Shown here: positions 1-10,058 of the stretch, piece after piece
Layout of the letters: each line of letters starts with the position of its first letter
Position numbering within the stretch: position 1 is the stretch's first letter
Origin: an uncultured virus (IMG/VR IMGVR_UViG_3300047480_000789)
Lineage: Duplodnaviria > Heunggongvirae > Uroviricota > Caudoviricetes
DNA length: 64,000 bases
Reading direction: 5' to 3' (one strand)
IMG/VR virus record: IMGVR_UViG_3300047480_000789
Translations under genes and position numbers: made by a program
The notes under the pieces: model-generated
Databases searched by the model: none
The model's input: the letters and a program-made list of their open reading frames with translations, nothing else
Told to the model about the DNA's origin: nothing

Positions 1-975
1 TGGTGTAGCAGTTGGTGTTGGGGTCGGTGTATCTGTTGGTATTGGTGTAGCAGTTGGTGTTGGAGTCGGTGTATCTGTTGGTATTGGTGTAGCAGTTGGT
101 GTTGGAGTTGGTGTATCTGTTGGTATTGGTGTAGGTGTAGGTGTATCGGCAAATATTATATAACCCAAGTCACAAGATGGATTTGGATTTAATGTTGCGG
201 TTGGAGTAGGGGTTGGGGTATCTGTTGGTATTGGTGTAGGTGTAGGTGTATCGGCAAATATTATATAACCCAAGTCACAAGATGGATTTGGTATCGGTGT
301 GACTGTTGGAGTCGGTGTATCTGTTGGTACAGGTGTAGGTGTAGGTGTATTGGTTAAAACATTATAACCCAAGTCACAAGATGGATTTGGTATCGGAGTA
401 CTTGTAGGTGTAGCAGTTGATGGTACCGGTGTACTAGTTGGTGTTGGTGTACTAGTTGGTGTTGGTGTTGGTGTATCTGTTGGTGTTGGTGTACTAGTTG
501 GTGTGTTAGATGGTGGTAAAACAACAATATTAAATGTTATCGGTTCTACAGTATTGAAACTACCTGTGGAGGATGTTACGATTGTGATTGATCCAGCAAT
601 ACTGACTCCTTCAACAAAATCGGAAACAAATTGACCTGAATTATATGTAAATGCGTTCTCATTACAATCTAAAACAATAAAATTGGAACCTTGGGTTAAT
701 GTTAATCTAGTGTGATTCCCAACTAATTGTTGTAAATATGTTGAGTAGTCGATTGATTCTGAATCTAACTCGTTAATGTATATTTGTGTTAAAGTTTCAC
801 CTGTTGTTTGACCAATTTCATTTGGATTTAATGACCCAACACTATTGTTGTGATTGGGAAACGTAATTGAACCCGGAATTTGTGCGGGTGAATATTGTTC
901 GTAAAGATAATAACTACCTAATCCATTATGTACATTAGGGACTATTCTTAGTCCCCCTATAAATTGTATACCCAT
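1..975 (-). CDS. Pro/Thr-rich putative virion protein (partial, runs off the left edge; not in ORF track)
   Basis: ATG at 975 ([15 protein letters not shown]...), frame open to base 1; PT repeats with three PNPSCDLGY units; TATTTATA motif 7 nt upstream. Confidence 0.8.
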   Translation of the reverse strand, partial: MGIQFIGGLRIVPNVHNGLGSYYLYEQYSPAQIPGSITFPNHNNSVGSLNPNEIGQTTGETLTQIYINELDSESIDYSTYLQQLVGNHTRLTLTQGSNFIVLDCNENAFTYNSGQFVSDFVEGVSIAGSITIVTSSTGSFNTVEPITFNIVVLPPSNTPTSTPTPTDTPTPTPTSTPTPTSTPVPSTATPTSTPIPNPSCDLGYNVLTNTPTPTPVPTDTPTPTVTPIPNPSCDLGYIIFADTPTPTPIPTDTPTPTPTATLNPNPSCDLGYIIFADTPTPTPIPTDTPTPTPTATPIPTDTPTPTPTATPIPTDTPTPTPTATP

Positions 976-1011
976 CGTACTCTATAAATAGTTTGATTTC
1001 TCAATAAGAAT

Positions 1012-1042
1012 AAAAAAGGAGGATTTTTTAGGTCCTCCTTTT
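1012..1042 (-). terminator. Intrinsic terminator (probably bidirectional)
   Basis: AAAAGGAGGA...TCCTCCTTTT inverted repeat with A/T tails just after the 1689 aa gene. Confidence 0.75.
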
Positions 1043-1059
1043 ATCTTTTTATTTATCGT

Positions 1060-4000
1060 TTAGAATGTTCCACCATCGATGATGTTGGAGAAGACTAATT
1101 GACCATCACTTTGTCTGTAACCTAATACTGTTGAGACTACATCAGTGGTATCTGTGGTTGCAACTTCTCCAAATACGTTGTCGGCGTTTTTGAATGTTAC
1201 ATTAGACCTTGTACTACTTACCAAGTCACTTCCGTTTGTAGATACAGTTAACGTACCCGCAATCACAGTATTACCTGATTCCGATTCAACTGTGAACTTA
1301 TCTGTGTTGAATTGTAATGTCGTTCCACTATAAGTTAATAAACTATCACCAATCGTATTATCCGAAGATGCAATTGGGAAAGTACCCGAAGTTAAACTTG
1401 TTTCACTTCCTAAAGTACCTGCAGTCGTTCCAATTACTTTACTTGAGTTATTAGAACCGTCAACCGCTAACCAATTATCATTTTGTGAATCCCATAACAT
1501 TGAACCCGATAATCCAATTGACCCTGAGTCATATCCTGTGATACCTGCGTATCTTTGGAATGGTGAGTAAGCATTTACTAAAATTATGTTATCACCAATT
1601 TCAACTGTACTTGCTTGAATAGTAACATTCGTTGCTGAACCTAAAACTTGTAAGTTACCTGACACATACAAATCACCACCCAACATTGTGTTTCCACTGA
1701 CAGTTAAGTCTGAACTAACTATAGTCGAACCCGATACGTTTAATGATGTTCCATCATATGTTAACCCACTTTCACCTTGAATTAATCCGTCGGTTCCGGT
1801 TGCTGTTAAAATATAACTTCCTGTGTTATAGTTAATGGTTGCCGCTCCCGATGTACCTGAAGTACCCGCAGTTCCTGAAGAACCAGAAGTACCACTTGAA
1901 CCACTAGAACCTGAAGTACCACTTGAACCACTAGAACCTGAAGTACCACTTGAACCTGAAGTTCCACTAGAACCTGAAGTACCCGATGAACCTGAACTAC
2001 CAGAAGTACCTGATGAACCATCCGAACCGCTAGAACCTGAAGTTCCTGAAGTTCCTGAAGAACCCGAACTACCTGAAGTTCCTGAAGTTCCCGATGAACC
2101 TGAACTACCTGAAGTACCGCTCGTTCCACTTGAACCACTAGAACCTGATGTACCTGAACTACCTGAAGAACCTGATGAACCGTCAGAACCACTAGAACCT
2201 GATGTACCTGAAGTACCCGCAGTTCCTGAAGAACCTGATGTGCCAGATGAACCATCCGAACCACTAGAACCTGAAGTTCCACTTGTTCCTGAAGTACCAG
2301 CGGTTCCTGAAGAACCTGATGAACCTGAAGTACCACTTGAACCTGAAGTTCCACTAGAACCTGAAGTACCCGATGAACCTGAACTACCTGAAGTACCCGA
2401 TGAACCGTCAGAACCACTAGAACCTGATGTACCTGAAGTACCGGCAGTTCCTGAAGAACCTGAAGTACCACTTGAACCACTAGAACCTGAAGTTCCACTA
2501 GAACCTGAAGTACCACTTGTACCACTAGAACCAGAAGTTCCTGAAGTTCCTGAAGTACCTGAAGTAGCAGCATTATATGATGTACCATTGATAATCAAGT
2601 CTCCGCCGACAATTTCTAATACAGAACCTGTAATAAATAATGAACCAGTGAATTGATGTGTATCATCTTGTGTATCACCAAATTTAGTTGAACCTGATTC
2701 GTATAGAACTGAAGACGAAACTAATGTTACGTTGTATTCTTTAGCTGTGATGACACCGTCAACGTAAAGGTCTCTATTAACATATAAACCTGAATCACTA
2801 ATCGATGCACTTGCATTTCCACTTACTATTTTATTTAGTTCTAATCCCGTAACTCCACTTGCTGGAATATTGTAAAGACCTGCACCATCACCAACAAATG
2901 AAGATGAGATTACTGATGCGGTCATTGGGCCATTGAAGTTAACATTATATGTTGTTTCCCAAACTGACCCTGTTAAAGCGAATAAACTATCTCCCGAAGT
3001 TCCAGATGTACCACTTGTTCCTGACGTACCTGCAGTTCCTGAAGAACCTGATGAACCTGAACTACCTGAAGTACCTGATGAACCGTCAGAACCACTAGAC
3101 CCTGAAGTTCCTGAAGTACCTGAAGTACCTGCAGTTCCTGATGAACCTGAACTACCTGAAGTACCGCTCGAACCTGAAGTTCCACTAGAACCTGAAGTAC
3201 CTGCTGTTCCTGAAGAACCTGATGTGCCAGATGAACCATCCGAACCACTAGACCCTGAAGTTCCTGAAGTACCTGCTGTTCCTGAACTACCTGAAGTTCC
3301 TGAAGAACCATCCGAACCACTAGACCCTGAAGTTCCTGAAGTACCTGAAGTACCTGATGAACCACTTGAACCTGATGTTCCTGATGAACCTGAACTACCT
3401 GAACTACCTGAGGTGCCAGCAGTTCCTGATGAACCTGAAGTTCCTGATGAACCGTTACCACCGACAGTCGCAATAACCGTACCCGATTGTGCCGAGTTAA
3501 AGTAAACTTTTAAATTATTACTATCTTCAACAACAATATTCGAAGGAATAATTACATATCCGTTATCATCAAAAACGTTAATTGCTGGATATTTGTAACC
3601 TAAATTGTGTACAAATGACCAAGTTGTTGATGCTGACGTCACATTTAACGTTTTAGTTTGACCTGAAACTATAACAGCATTTTCCGCATACACCGCATAC
3701 GACGCAGAAACCGCATTTGATGAGGTACCTGAGAAAGTAGAGGAGATTGATGAAGTATATTCGTTAAAGTCGAGTGTGTTTAATTTACCCGTTCCAACAA
3801 CTTCACCATTTAGGTATAATGAACCCGATATATCAACTGAACCAGTAAACGAATGAACGTCATCTAAAGTATCACCAAAATTAGTTGATCCTGATTGGTA
3901 AAGTACTGAAGAAGTAACATAATCGATATGTAATTCCTTTGCCGTCAATATACCATCAATGTATGTGTCACCATTTACTCTGAATGTTCCGTCAGATTGG

Positions 4001-6129
4001 ATAGAAGCACTTACCGAACCACTTACTATTTTATTTAGTTCTAATCCCGTAACTCCACTTGCTGGAATATTGTAAAGACCTGCACCATCACCAACAAATG
4101 AACCCGAAATATTACCCGAACTAACATTAAACGCTCCTGTCACTGAAGTTTCACCTTCAACGTGAATACCATTTTCATCTAACCAAAAATAATGTGCAGT
4201 AACTCCGTCATTATATTGTAATTGAGCGTAATCTCTTGAAGATAAAACTAATGCTCCACTACCTTCTCCTTCAATGTTATTTGTGAATATGTTATTAGTT
4301 ACAACTAAATCACCTGTTACTGTTAATGTATTACCGTCAAATGTTAAATTAGCCTCACCTTCAACTAAACCGTCAGTTCCTGTTGCTGTTAATAAATAAT
4401 TATCTACGTTATTATTGATGGTTGCGGCACCTGATGTACCTGAAGTACCTGCCGTTCCTGAAGAACCTGAAGTTCCTGATGAACCGCTAGAACCTGAAGT
4501 TCCTGAAGAACCGTCCGAACCGCTAGAACCTGAAGTTCCTGAAGTACCTGATGTTCCTGATGAACCTGATGTGCCAGATGAACCATCCGAACCACTAGAA
4601 CCTGATGTTCCTGAAGTACCTGATGTTCCTGATGAACCTGACGACCCGTCACTACCACTAGAACCTGATGTGCCCGAAGAACCCGATGTACCTGAAGTAC
4701 CAGCAGTTCCTGAACTACCTGAAGTACCACTTGTCCCTGCCGTTCCTGAAGAACCTGATGTTCCTGATGAACCGTCAGAACCACTAGAACCTGAAGTTCC
4801 ACTTGTTCCTGACGTTGCTGCGTTATATGATGTACCATTAATGATTAAATCACCACCAACAATTTCCAACGCTGATCCTGTGATATAAACCGATCCTGTG
4901 AATTGATGAGTGTCATCTTGCGTATCACCAAATTTAGTTGAACCTGATTGGTAAAGTACTGATGATGAAACTAATAGAATATTTAATTCTCTTGCGGATA
5001 ATGTACCCTGAATTGTAACGTCACTCGTGATGTTAACCACTGAACCGTCATCTGTAATATTTGAATCTACTAAGGTTGGGTCCCCTTCACCTGTTAGGAA
5101 TTTTCCAATTGTGTTATTTGTACCCGATACTGTTACCGATGTACCACTTGTACCACTAGTTCCTGAACTACCTGATGTTCCTGCTGTTCCTGATGTACCA
5201 CTAGAACCTGAAGTACCTGAAGTTCCACTAGAACCTGAAGTACCTGAAGTTCCGTCAGAACCACTAGAACCTGATGTTCCACTAGAACCTGAAGTACCTG
5301 AAGTTCCACTAGAACCCGACGAACCTGAAGTACCTGATGAACCATCCGAACCACTAGAACCTGAAGTTCCCGAAGTACCCGCAGTTCCTGAAGAACCTGA
5401 AGTACCTGAAGAACCATCACTACCAGATGAACCCGACGTTCCACTAGTCCCTGCAGTTCCTGATGAACCTGAAGTACCTGATGAACCATCTGAACCACTA
5501 GAACCTGAAGTTCCAGCCGTTCCTGATGAACCACTAGAACCTGAAGTACCTGATGTTCCCGATGAACCACTAGAACCTGAAGTACCCGCAGTTCCTGAAG
5601 AACCTGAACTACCTGAAGTACCTGAAGTTCCCGAAGTACCACTTGTTCCTGAGGTATTTGCGGTATATTCAAAACCGTTTAACCAAAAACTACCAGTTAT
5701 GTTCATAGAACCACTGATATTAACTTGGTCGCTAAACGTTGCAGTCGTACCACTTAAATTTGTAATTGTTACACCACTGATAGTATGCCCTTCAATGTTA
5801 CCAACTAAATTTAAATCACTGTTACCAACGTTATCGTTGTTTAATATGTATAATTTATTTTCAGAACTAGCATAGAATGGAGTACCATCTAAACCTGAAC
5901 CATAAGTTCCCGCCGATATTGTCGGCGCATTTGCTCCTTGATAAATTTTTGATACGGCGTTGAATGCTCCCGCAACTCCTTCGTCACTTAATACCGGTGA
6001 ACCGATAAAGATGAAAGGACCTTGTAAGTTACCAATCGAACCGGTGGCTATGATTAATTCACCGTTTCTCGCCGTTGTGTTTTTGAGGGTTGCCAGCGAA
6101 CCCCTTCTGTGTTTAATGATTTGTGCCAT
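1060..6129 (-). CDS. Giant tail-fibre-like protein with Gly-X-X (GTS/GSS) tracts
   Basis: N-terminus IIKHRRGS...NGELI resembles fibre attachment domains; four Gly-every-third tracts; three SGSTKFGD-type modules; C-terminal IDGGTF. Confidence 0.7.
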   Translation of the reverse strand: MAQIIKHRRGSLATLKNTTARNGELIIATGSIGNLQGPFIFIGSPVLSDEGVAGAFNAVSKIYQGANAPTISAGTYGSGLDGTPFYASSENKLYILNNDNVGNSDLNLVGNIEGHTISGVTITNLSGTTATFSDQVNISGSMNITGSFWLNGFEYTANTSGTSGTSGTSGTSGSSGSSGTAGTSGSSGSSGTSGTSGSSGSSGTAGTSGSSGSDGSSGTSGSSGTAGTSGTSGSSGSDGSSGTSGSSGTAGTSGTSGSSGSDGSSGTSGSSGSSGTSGTSGSSGTSGSSGSDGTSGTSGSSGTSGTSGSSGTSGTAGTSGSSGTSGTSGTSVTVSGTNNTIGKFLTGEGDPTLVDSNITDDGSVVNITSDVTIQGTLSARELNILLVSSSVLYQSGSTKFGDTQDDTHQFTGSVYITGSALEIVGGDLIINGTSYNAATSGTSGTSGSSGSDGSSGTSGSSGTAGTSGTSGSSGTAGTSGTSGSSGTSGSSGSDGSSGSSGTSGTSGTSGSSGSDGSSGTSGSSGTSGTSGTSGSSGSDGSSGTSGSSGSSGTSGSSGTAGTSGTSGAATINNNVDNYLLTATGTDGLVEGEANLTFDGNTLTVTGDLVVTNNIFTNNIEGEGSGALVLSSRDYAQLQYNDGVTAHYFWLDENGIHVEGETSVTGAFNVSSGNISGSFVGDGAGLYNIPASGVTGLELNKIVSGSVSASIQSDGTFRVNGDTYIDGILTAKELHIDYVTSSVLYQSGSTNFGDTLDDVHSFTGSVDISGSLYLNGEVVGTGKLNTLDFNEYTSSISSTFSGTSSNAVSASYAVYAENAVIVSGQTKTLNVTSASTTWSFVHNLGYKYPAINVFDDNGYVIIPSNIVVEDSNNLKVYFNSAQSGTVIATVGGNGSSGTSGSSGTAGTSGSSGSSGSSGTSGSSGSSGTSGTSGTSGSSGSDGSSGTSGSSGTAGTSGTSGSSGSDGSSGTSGSSGTAGTSGSSGTSGSSGTSGSSGSSGTAGTSGTSGTSGSSGSDGSSGTSGSSGSSGSSGTAGTSGTSGTSGTSGDSLFALTGSVWETTYNVNFNGPMTASVISSSFVGDGAGLYNIPASGVTGLELNKIVSGNASASISDSGLYVNRDLYVDGVITAKEYNVTLVSSSVLYESGSTKFGDTQDDTHQFTGSLFITGSVLEIVGGDLIINGTSYNAATSGTSGTSGTSGSSGTSGTSGSSGTSGSSGSSGTSGSSGTAGTSGTSGSSGSDGSSGTSGSSGSSGTSGSSGTSGSSGTSGSSGSSGTAGTSGTSGTSGSSGSDGSSGTSGSSGTAGTSGTSGSSGSDGSSGSSGSSGTSGSSGSSGTSGTSGSSGSSGTSGTSGSSGSSGTSGTSGSSGSDGSSGTSGSSGSSGTSGSSGTSGSSGTSGSSGSSGTSGSSGSSGTSGSSGTAGTSGTSGAATINYNTGSYILTATGTDGLIQGESGLTYDGTSLNVSGSTIVSSDLTVSGNTMLGGDLYVSGNLQVLGSATNVTIQASTVEIGDNIILVNAYSPFQRYAGITGYDSGSIGLSGSMLWDSQNDNWLAVDGSNNSSKVIGTTAGTLGSETSLTSGTFPIASSDNTIGDSLLTYSGTTLQFNTDKFTVESESGNTVIAGTLTVSTNGSDLVSSTRSNVTFKNADNVFGEVATTDTTDVVSTVLGYRQSDGQLVFSNIIDGGTF
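2819..4102. repeat. 84 bp perfect direct repeat (2819-2902 and 4019-4102)
   Basis: Identical sequence ccacttactattttatttag...ccaacaaatgaa, 1200 bp apart, in non-low-complexity coding DNA. Confidence 0.9.
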
Positions 6130-6200
6130 CTACGTGTGTTTGTTTAGTTTATAAATACTTTATTTTTAATCATCCTCGAGTTATTTCTATTTTTTTTTTA

Positions 6201-9200
6201 TTAAAATCCTCCTAAATCCATAACAATGTTATTTTGATCCTGTAATAAAACCGTCTGACTACCCATTGATATGGATGCTGACACAATTTGTGATTGAATT
6301 TGAGCATAAACCATAGCTAAAGCTCCCGATATAATCAACGAATCTCTTAGTGGATCTGTAGTTCTTAATATTGTTGTACCATTAACAATTAAATCTCCAT
6401 CAATCGTAACCGAACCAGTCGTATATAACGAACCTGTAATTTGGTGAGTATCATCTAAAGTATCGCCGAATTTAGTTGAACCTGATTGATATAAAATAGA
6501 AGATGTTACATAATCAATATGTAATTCCTTTGCGGTTAATATACCATCAATGTTGACATTAGTATTGATATCAAGTGTTCCGTTTTCTAACGATGCACTT
6601 ACGTCATTACTAACAATTCTATCTAATTGTAGTCCGGTAATACCAGTGTATGGAATGTTATATAAACCAGCACCATCACCAACAAATGACCCACTGATTG
6701 TTCCGTTATTAACAGTTAAATTACCCGTATTAATTGTTAAATCGGTATTCGTTAAATCGGCTTGTCCATTGAGTATATATAAATTGGAACCACTTGTTAA
6801 ATAAAGTGATGAACTATCGGTTACAATTACATTCGAATCGATAATACCTAATTGAGATGTAATATCTAATGAACCGGTAATTTGAACATTGTTCGTTGTG
6901 TTCCAATGTGATCCTGTTAATGCAAATAAACTATCCCCTGAAGTACCACTAGTTCCGGATGTTCCACTTGTCCCTGAAGAACCTGATGAACCATTTGTAC
7001 CGTCTACACCTGAAATACCTGAAGAACCCGACGTTCCACTAGAACCACTTGTTCCTGACGTTCCACTAACACCATCAACACCACTAGTACCTGAAGAACC
7101 GCTAGTTCCGGACGTACCTGAAGTTCCACTAACCTGTGATATAGTAAGAAATACTTCGTGATCATTACTAAAGTTAGTCGTACCCGTACCACCCGATTCA
7201 ACAAGTGTAACGGGGATTGTCCAATAATTTGGTACATCAATAATCTGTGTTAGTGTACCATTAACTTGCCATATTTGATAATTATTAGACTCGTTTCTAT
7301 CTTGGATTGTTATAAACTGATTTTCAGATATTAATTTTAAAAATATATCAATATCTGTTTGATCATCTGTAATGTGACTAACATTAATTTGATTGGAATT
7401 GATTTGTGTGGAATCTGTATAATTTAAATGGAATCCACCAGGGTTACCACCAAATGTTGTCGTTTTTACTTTATAAAAGAAGTAACTTGTTGATGCACCG
7501 CTCGATCCTGACGAGCCTGATGTTCCTGATGTACCTGCACCTCCGACAGAAGCAACAACGTGGCCCGTTTCGGGTGTGTTAAAATAAACTTCAATCGTAT
7601 CTTGATTGATACTTCTAATACTTTCGGGTACAACGATGTAACCGTTACTGTCAAATACATTTATTACCGGATATCTTTCGTGTAAATTATGTGTAAATGA
7701 CCAAGTATTTGATGGTGAGGAAACGTGTAGCTGTTTATTTGCTCCTGATACTATTACAGCATTCTCAGCCCATATAGCATATGACGACGTACCCGCAAAT
7801 TGTGATGTTGAGCTTGATACATAATTATTAAACCAAGATTCATCCAATTTCCCAACACCTACGGGTTGTCCATTTAAATATAATGAACCCGTGATATCAA
7901 CTGACCCCGTAATTTGGTGAGTATCGTCTAAAGTATCACCGAATTTAGTACTACCGCTTTGATAAAGGACTGAAGATGTTACATAATCAATATGTAATTC
8001 CTTTGCAGTTAATATACCATCGATATAAACATCCCTATTAACATAAAGTCCTGTTTCTTCTATTGATGCACTCGCATTTCCGCTAACTATTTTATTTAAT
8101 TCTAATCCCGTAACCCCACTTGCTGGAATATTAATTAAATTAGAACCGTCACCATAAATGTAGGCCCCACTAATAATTCCTCCGTCGACATATATATTAC
8201 TTCCACTTGTTAAATAAAGTGAAGAACTATCTGTCATTATTATATTTGAATCTGTTACCCCTAACTGTGAGGTTATCGATAATGATCCCGTAATTTCAAT
8301 GTCGTTTGTTGTTGCCCAAACAGAACCTGTAAGTGCAAATAAACTATCTCCCGATGTTCCACTAGAACCACTTGTTCCTGACGTACCACTCGTTCCACTA
8401 ACACCATCAACACCACTAGTACCTGAAGAACCACTTGTCCCATCCGAACCCGAAGTACCTGAAGTACCACTAGTACCTGAAACTCCGTCAACTCCAGATG
8501 TACCTGAAGTACCACTTGAACCTGAAGACCCATCTGAACCTGAAGTACCACTAGATCCTGACGTTCCATCAATACCACTAGTACCTGAAGTACCAGAAGA
8601 ACCATTTGTTCCATCCACACCTGAGATACCCGAAGAACCAGATGTACCACTTGTTCCTGATGTTCCACTAACACCATCAACACCACTGGTACCTGATGAA
8701 CCACTAGTTCCATCTGAACCTGAAGTACCACTAGTACCCGAAACTCCGTCAACTCCCGATGTTCCACTAGAACCACTTGTTCCTGATGTACCCGATGTCA
8801 TTGCCGAGAATGGGACACCATTAATTAATAAATCACCTTCGTTAATATTAATGGAACCACTTATAAACAATGAACCAGTAAATTCGTGAATGTCATCTGT
8901 CGTATCCCCAAATTTAGTCGAACCTGATTGATATAAAATAGAAGATGTTACATAATCAATATGTAATTCCTTTGCGGTAATTATTCCGTCAACATACAAT
9001 GCTCCGGTAATTGACGTGGGTACATTTATTTGTAATCCATCAGGTGTAATAGATGCAGTAGCGTCTCCATTTGTAATTTGATTAAGTTGTAATCCTGTAA
9101 CACCACTTGCCGGAATATTAATTAAATTAGAACCATCACCGTAGATATATGCACCACTAATAATTCCTCCGTCGACATAGATATTCGACCCACTCGTCAT

Positions 9201-10043
9201 ATATAATGATGAACTATCAGTCATCACTATATTAGCATCAACCACTCCTAATTGTGATGTGATACTTAAACTACCCGTAATTTCAATGTCGTTTGTTGTT
9301 GCCCAAACAGAACCTGTAAGTGCAAATAAACTATCTCCCGATGTTCCACTAGAACCACTTGTTCCCGAAGAACCCGATGTACCATCTACACCCGATATTC
9401 CAGAAGACCCACTTGTTCCTGATGTGCCGTCAACACCACTCGTACCCGAAGAACCCGATGTACCACTCGTACCACTAACACCATCAACACCTGAAGTGCC
9501 TGACGTACCGGCGGTACCCGCAGAACCCGATCCACCATTTGCGGCCAAATATGATGTGGCAACACCGTGTAAATCATCAATCCAATAACTATCAATAGGA
9601 AACGCCGAGGTGAAATTAGATAAATTTGCAATTTGTGGTACTCCATTAACTAACGGAAATAAAATACCATAATTACCCTCAGTCGGGCCATTATTTGGTG
9701 GGTCGTTGTTTGAATCGGTCGTTAAAACTCGTAAATCGGTGTCAGTAATTTGTAAAACAATTTCATTATCTCCATTTGTTGATACCACATTTGTGATGTC
9801 ATACCATTTACCATTTGGTAAGAGAAATTGCCAACCTACTTGGACATCATTAACATTGTATAAATTAGGATTGTTGTAGTATCCTGGATAACCGGCACTA
9901 TATGATGGAACTTCAAATGTTGCGGTATACGATAATGGAGCCCCATCATACGGACTAGTGTTATCACTATAGAATCCCGAAACAAATGTTGTTCCAAATT
10001 TTATTTTACCAACCAATATTTTCTCAGGTACGTGTATTCCCAT
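6201..10043 (-). CDS. Tail-fibre-like protein with Gly-X-X tracts, paralogue of 1060..6129
   Basis: Shares AKELHIDYVTSS..YQSGSTKFGD, GDG..L.NIP, GDSLFALTGS and TWSF.HNL...YP modules; ends MDLGGF. Confidence 0.7.
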   Translation of the reverse strand: MGIHVPEKILVGKIKFGTTFVSGFYSDNTSPYDGAPLSYTATFEVPSYSAGYPGYYNNPNLYNVNDVQVGWQFLLPNGKWYDITNVVSTNGDNEIVLQITDTDLRVLTTDSNNDPPNNGPTEGNYGILFPLVNGVPQIANLSNFTSAFPIDSYWIDDLHGVATSYLAANGGSGSAGTAGTSGTSGVDGVSGTSGTSGSSGTSGVDGTSGTSGSSGISGVDGTSGSSGTSGSSGTSGDSLFALTGSVWATTNDIEITGSLSITSQLGVVDANIVMTDSSSLYMTSGSNIYVDGGIISGAYIYGDGSNLINIPASGVTGLQLNQITNGDATASITPDGLQINVPTSITGALYVDGIITAKELHIDYVTSSILYQSGSTKFGDTTDDIHEFTGSLFISGSININEGDLLINGVPFSAMTSGTSGTSGSSGTSGVDGVSGTSGTSGSDGTSGSSGTSGVDGVSGTSGTSGTSGSSGISGVDGTNGSSGTSGTSGIDGTSGSSGTSGSDGSSGSSGTSGTSGVDGVSGTSGTSGTSGSDGTSGSSGTSGVDGVSGTSGTSGTSGSSGTSGDSLFALTGSVWATTNDIEITGSLSITSQLGVTDSNIIMTDSSSLYLTSGSNIYVDGGIISGAYIYGDGSNLINIPASGVTGLELNKIVSGNASASIEETGLYVNRDVYIDGILTAKELHIDYVTSSVLYQSGSTKFGDTLDDTHQITGSVDITGSLYLNGQPVGVGKLDESWFNNYVSSSTSQFAGTSSYAIWAENAVIVSGANKQLHVSSPSNTWSFTHNLHERYPVINVFDSNGYIVVPESIRSINQDTIEVYFNTPETGHVVASVGGAGTSGTSGSSGSSGASTSYFFYKVKTTTFGGNPGGFHLNYTDSTQINSNQINVSHITDDQTDIDIFLKLISENQFITIQDRNESNNYQIWQVNGTLTQIIDVPNYWTIPVTLVESGGTGTTNFSNDHEVFLTISQVSGTSGTSGTSGSSGTSGVDGVSGTSGTSGSSGTSGSSGISGVDGTNGSSGSSGTSGTSGTSGTSGDSLFALTGSHWNTTNNVQITGSLDITSQLGIIDSNVIVTDSSSLYLTSGSNLYILNGQADLTNTDLTINTGNLTVNNGTISGSFVGDGAGLYNIPYTGITGLQLDRIVSNDVSASLENGTLDINTNVNIDGILTAKELHIDYVTSSILYQSGSTKFGDTLDDTHQITGSLYTTGSVTIDGDLIVNGTTILRTTDPLRDSLIISGALAMVYAQIQSQIVSASISMGSQTVLLQDQNNIVMDLGGF
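8287..9365. repeat. 92 bp perfect direct repeat (8287-8378 and 9274-9365)
   Basis: Identical sequence cccgtaatttcaatgtc...ccacttgttcc. Confidence 0.9.
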
Positions 10044-10058
10044 TTCTATAAATTACTT

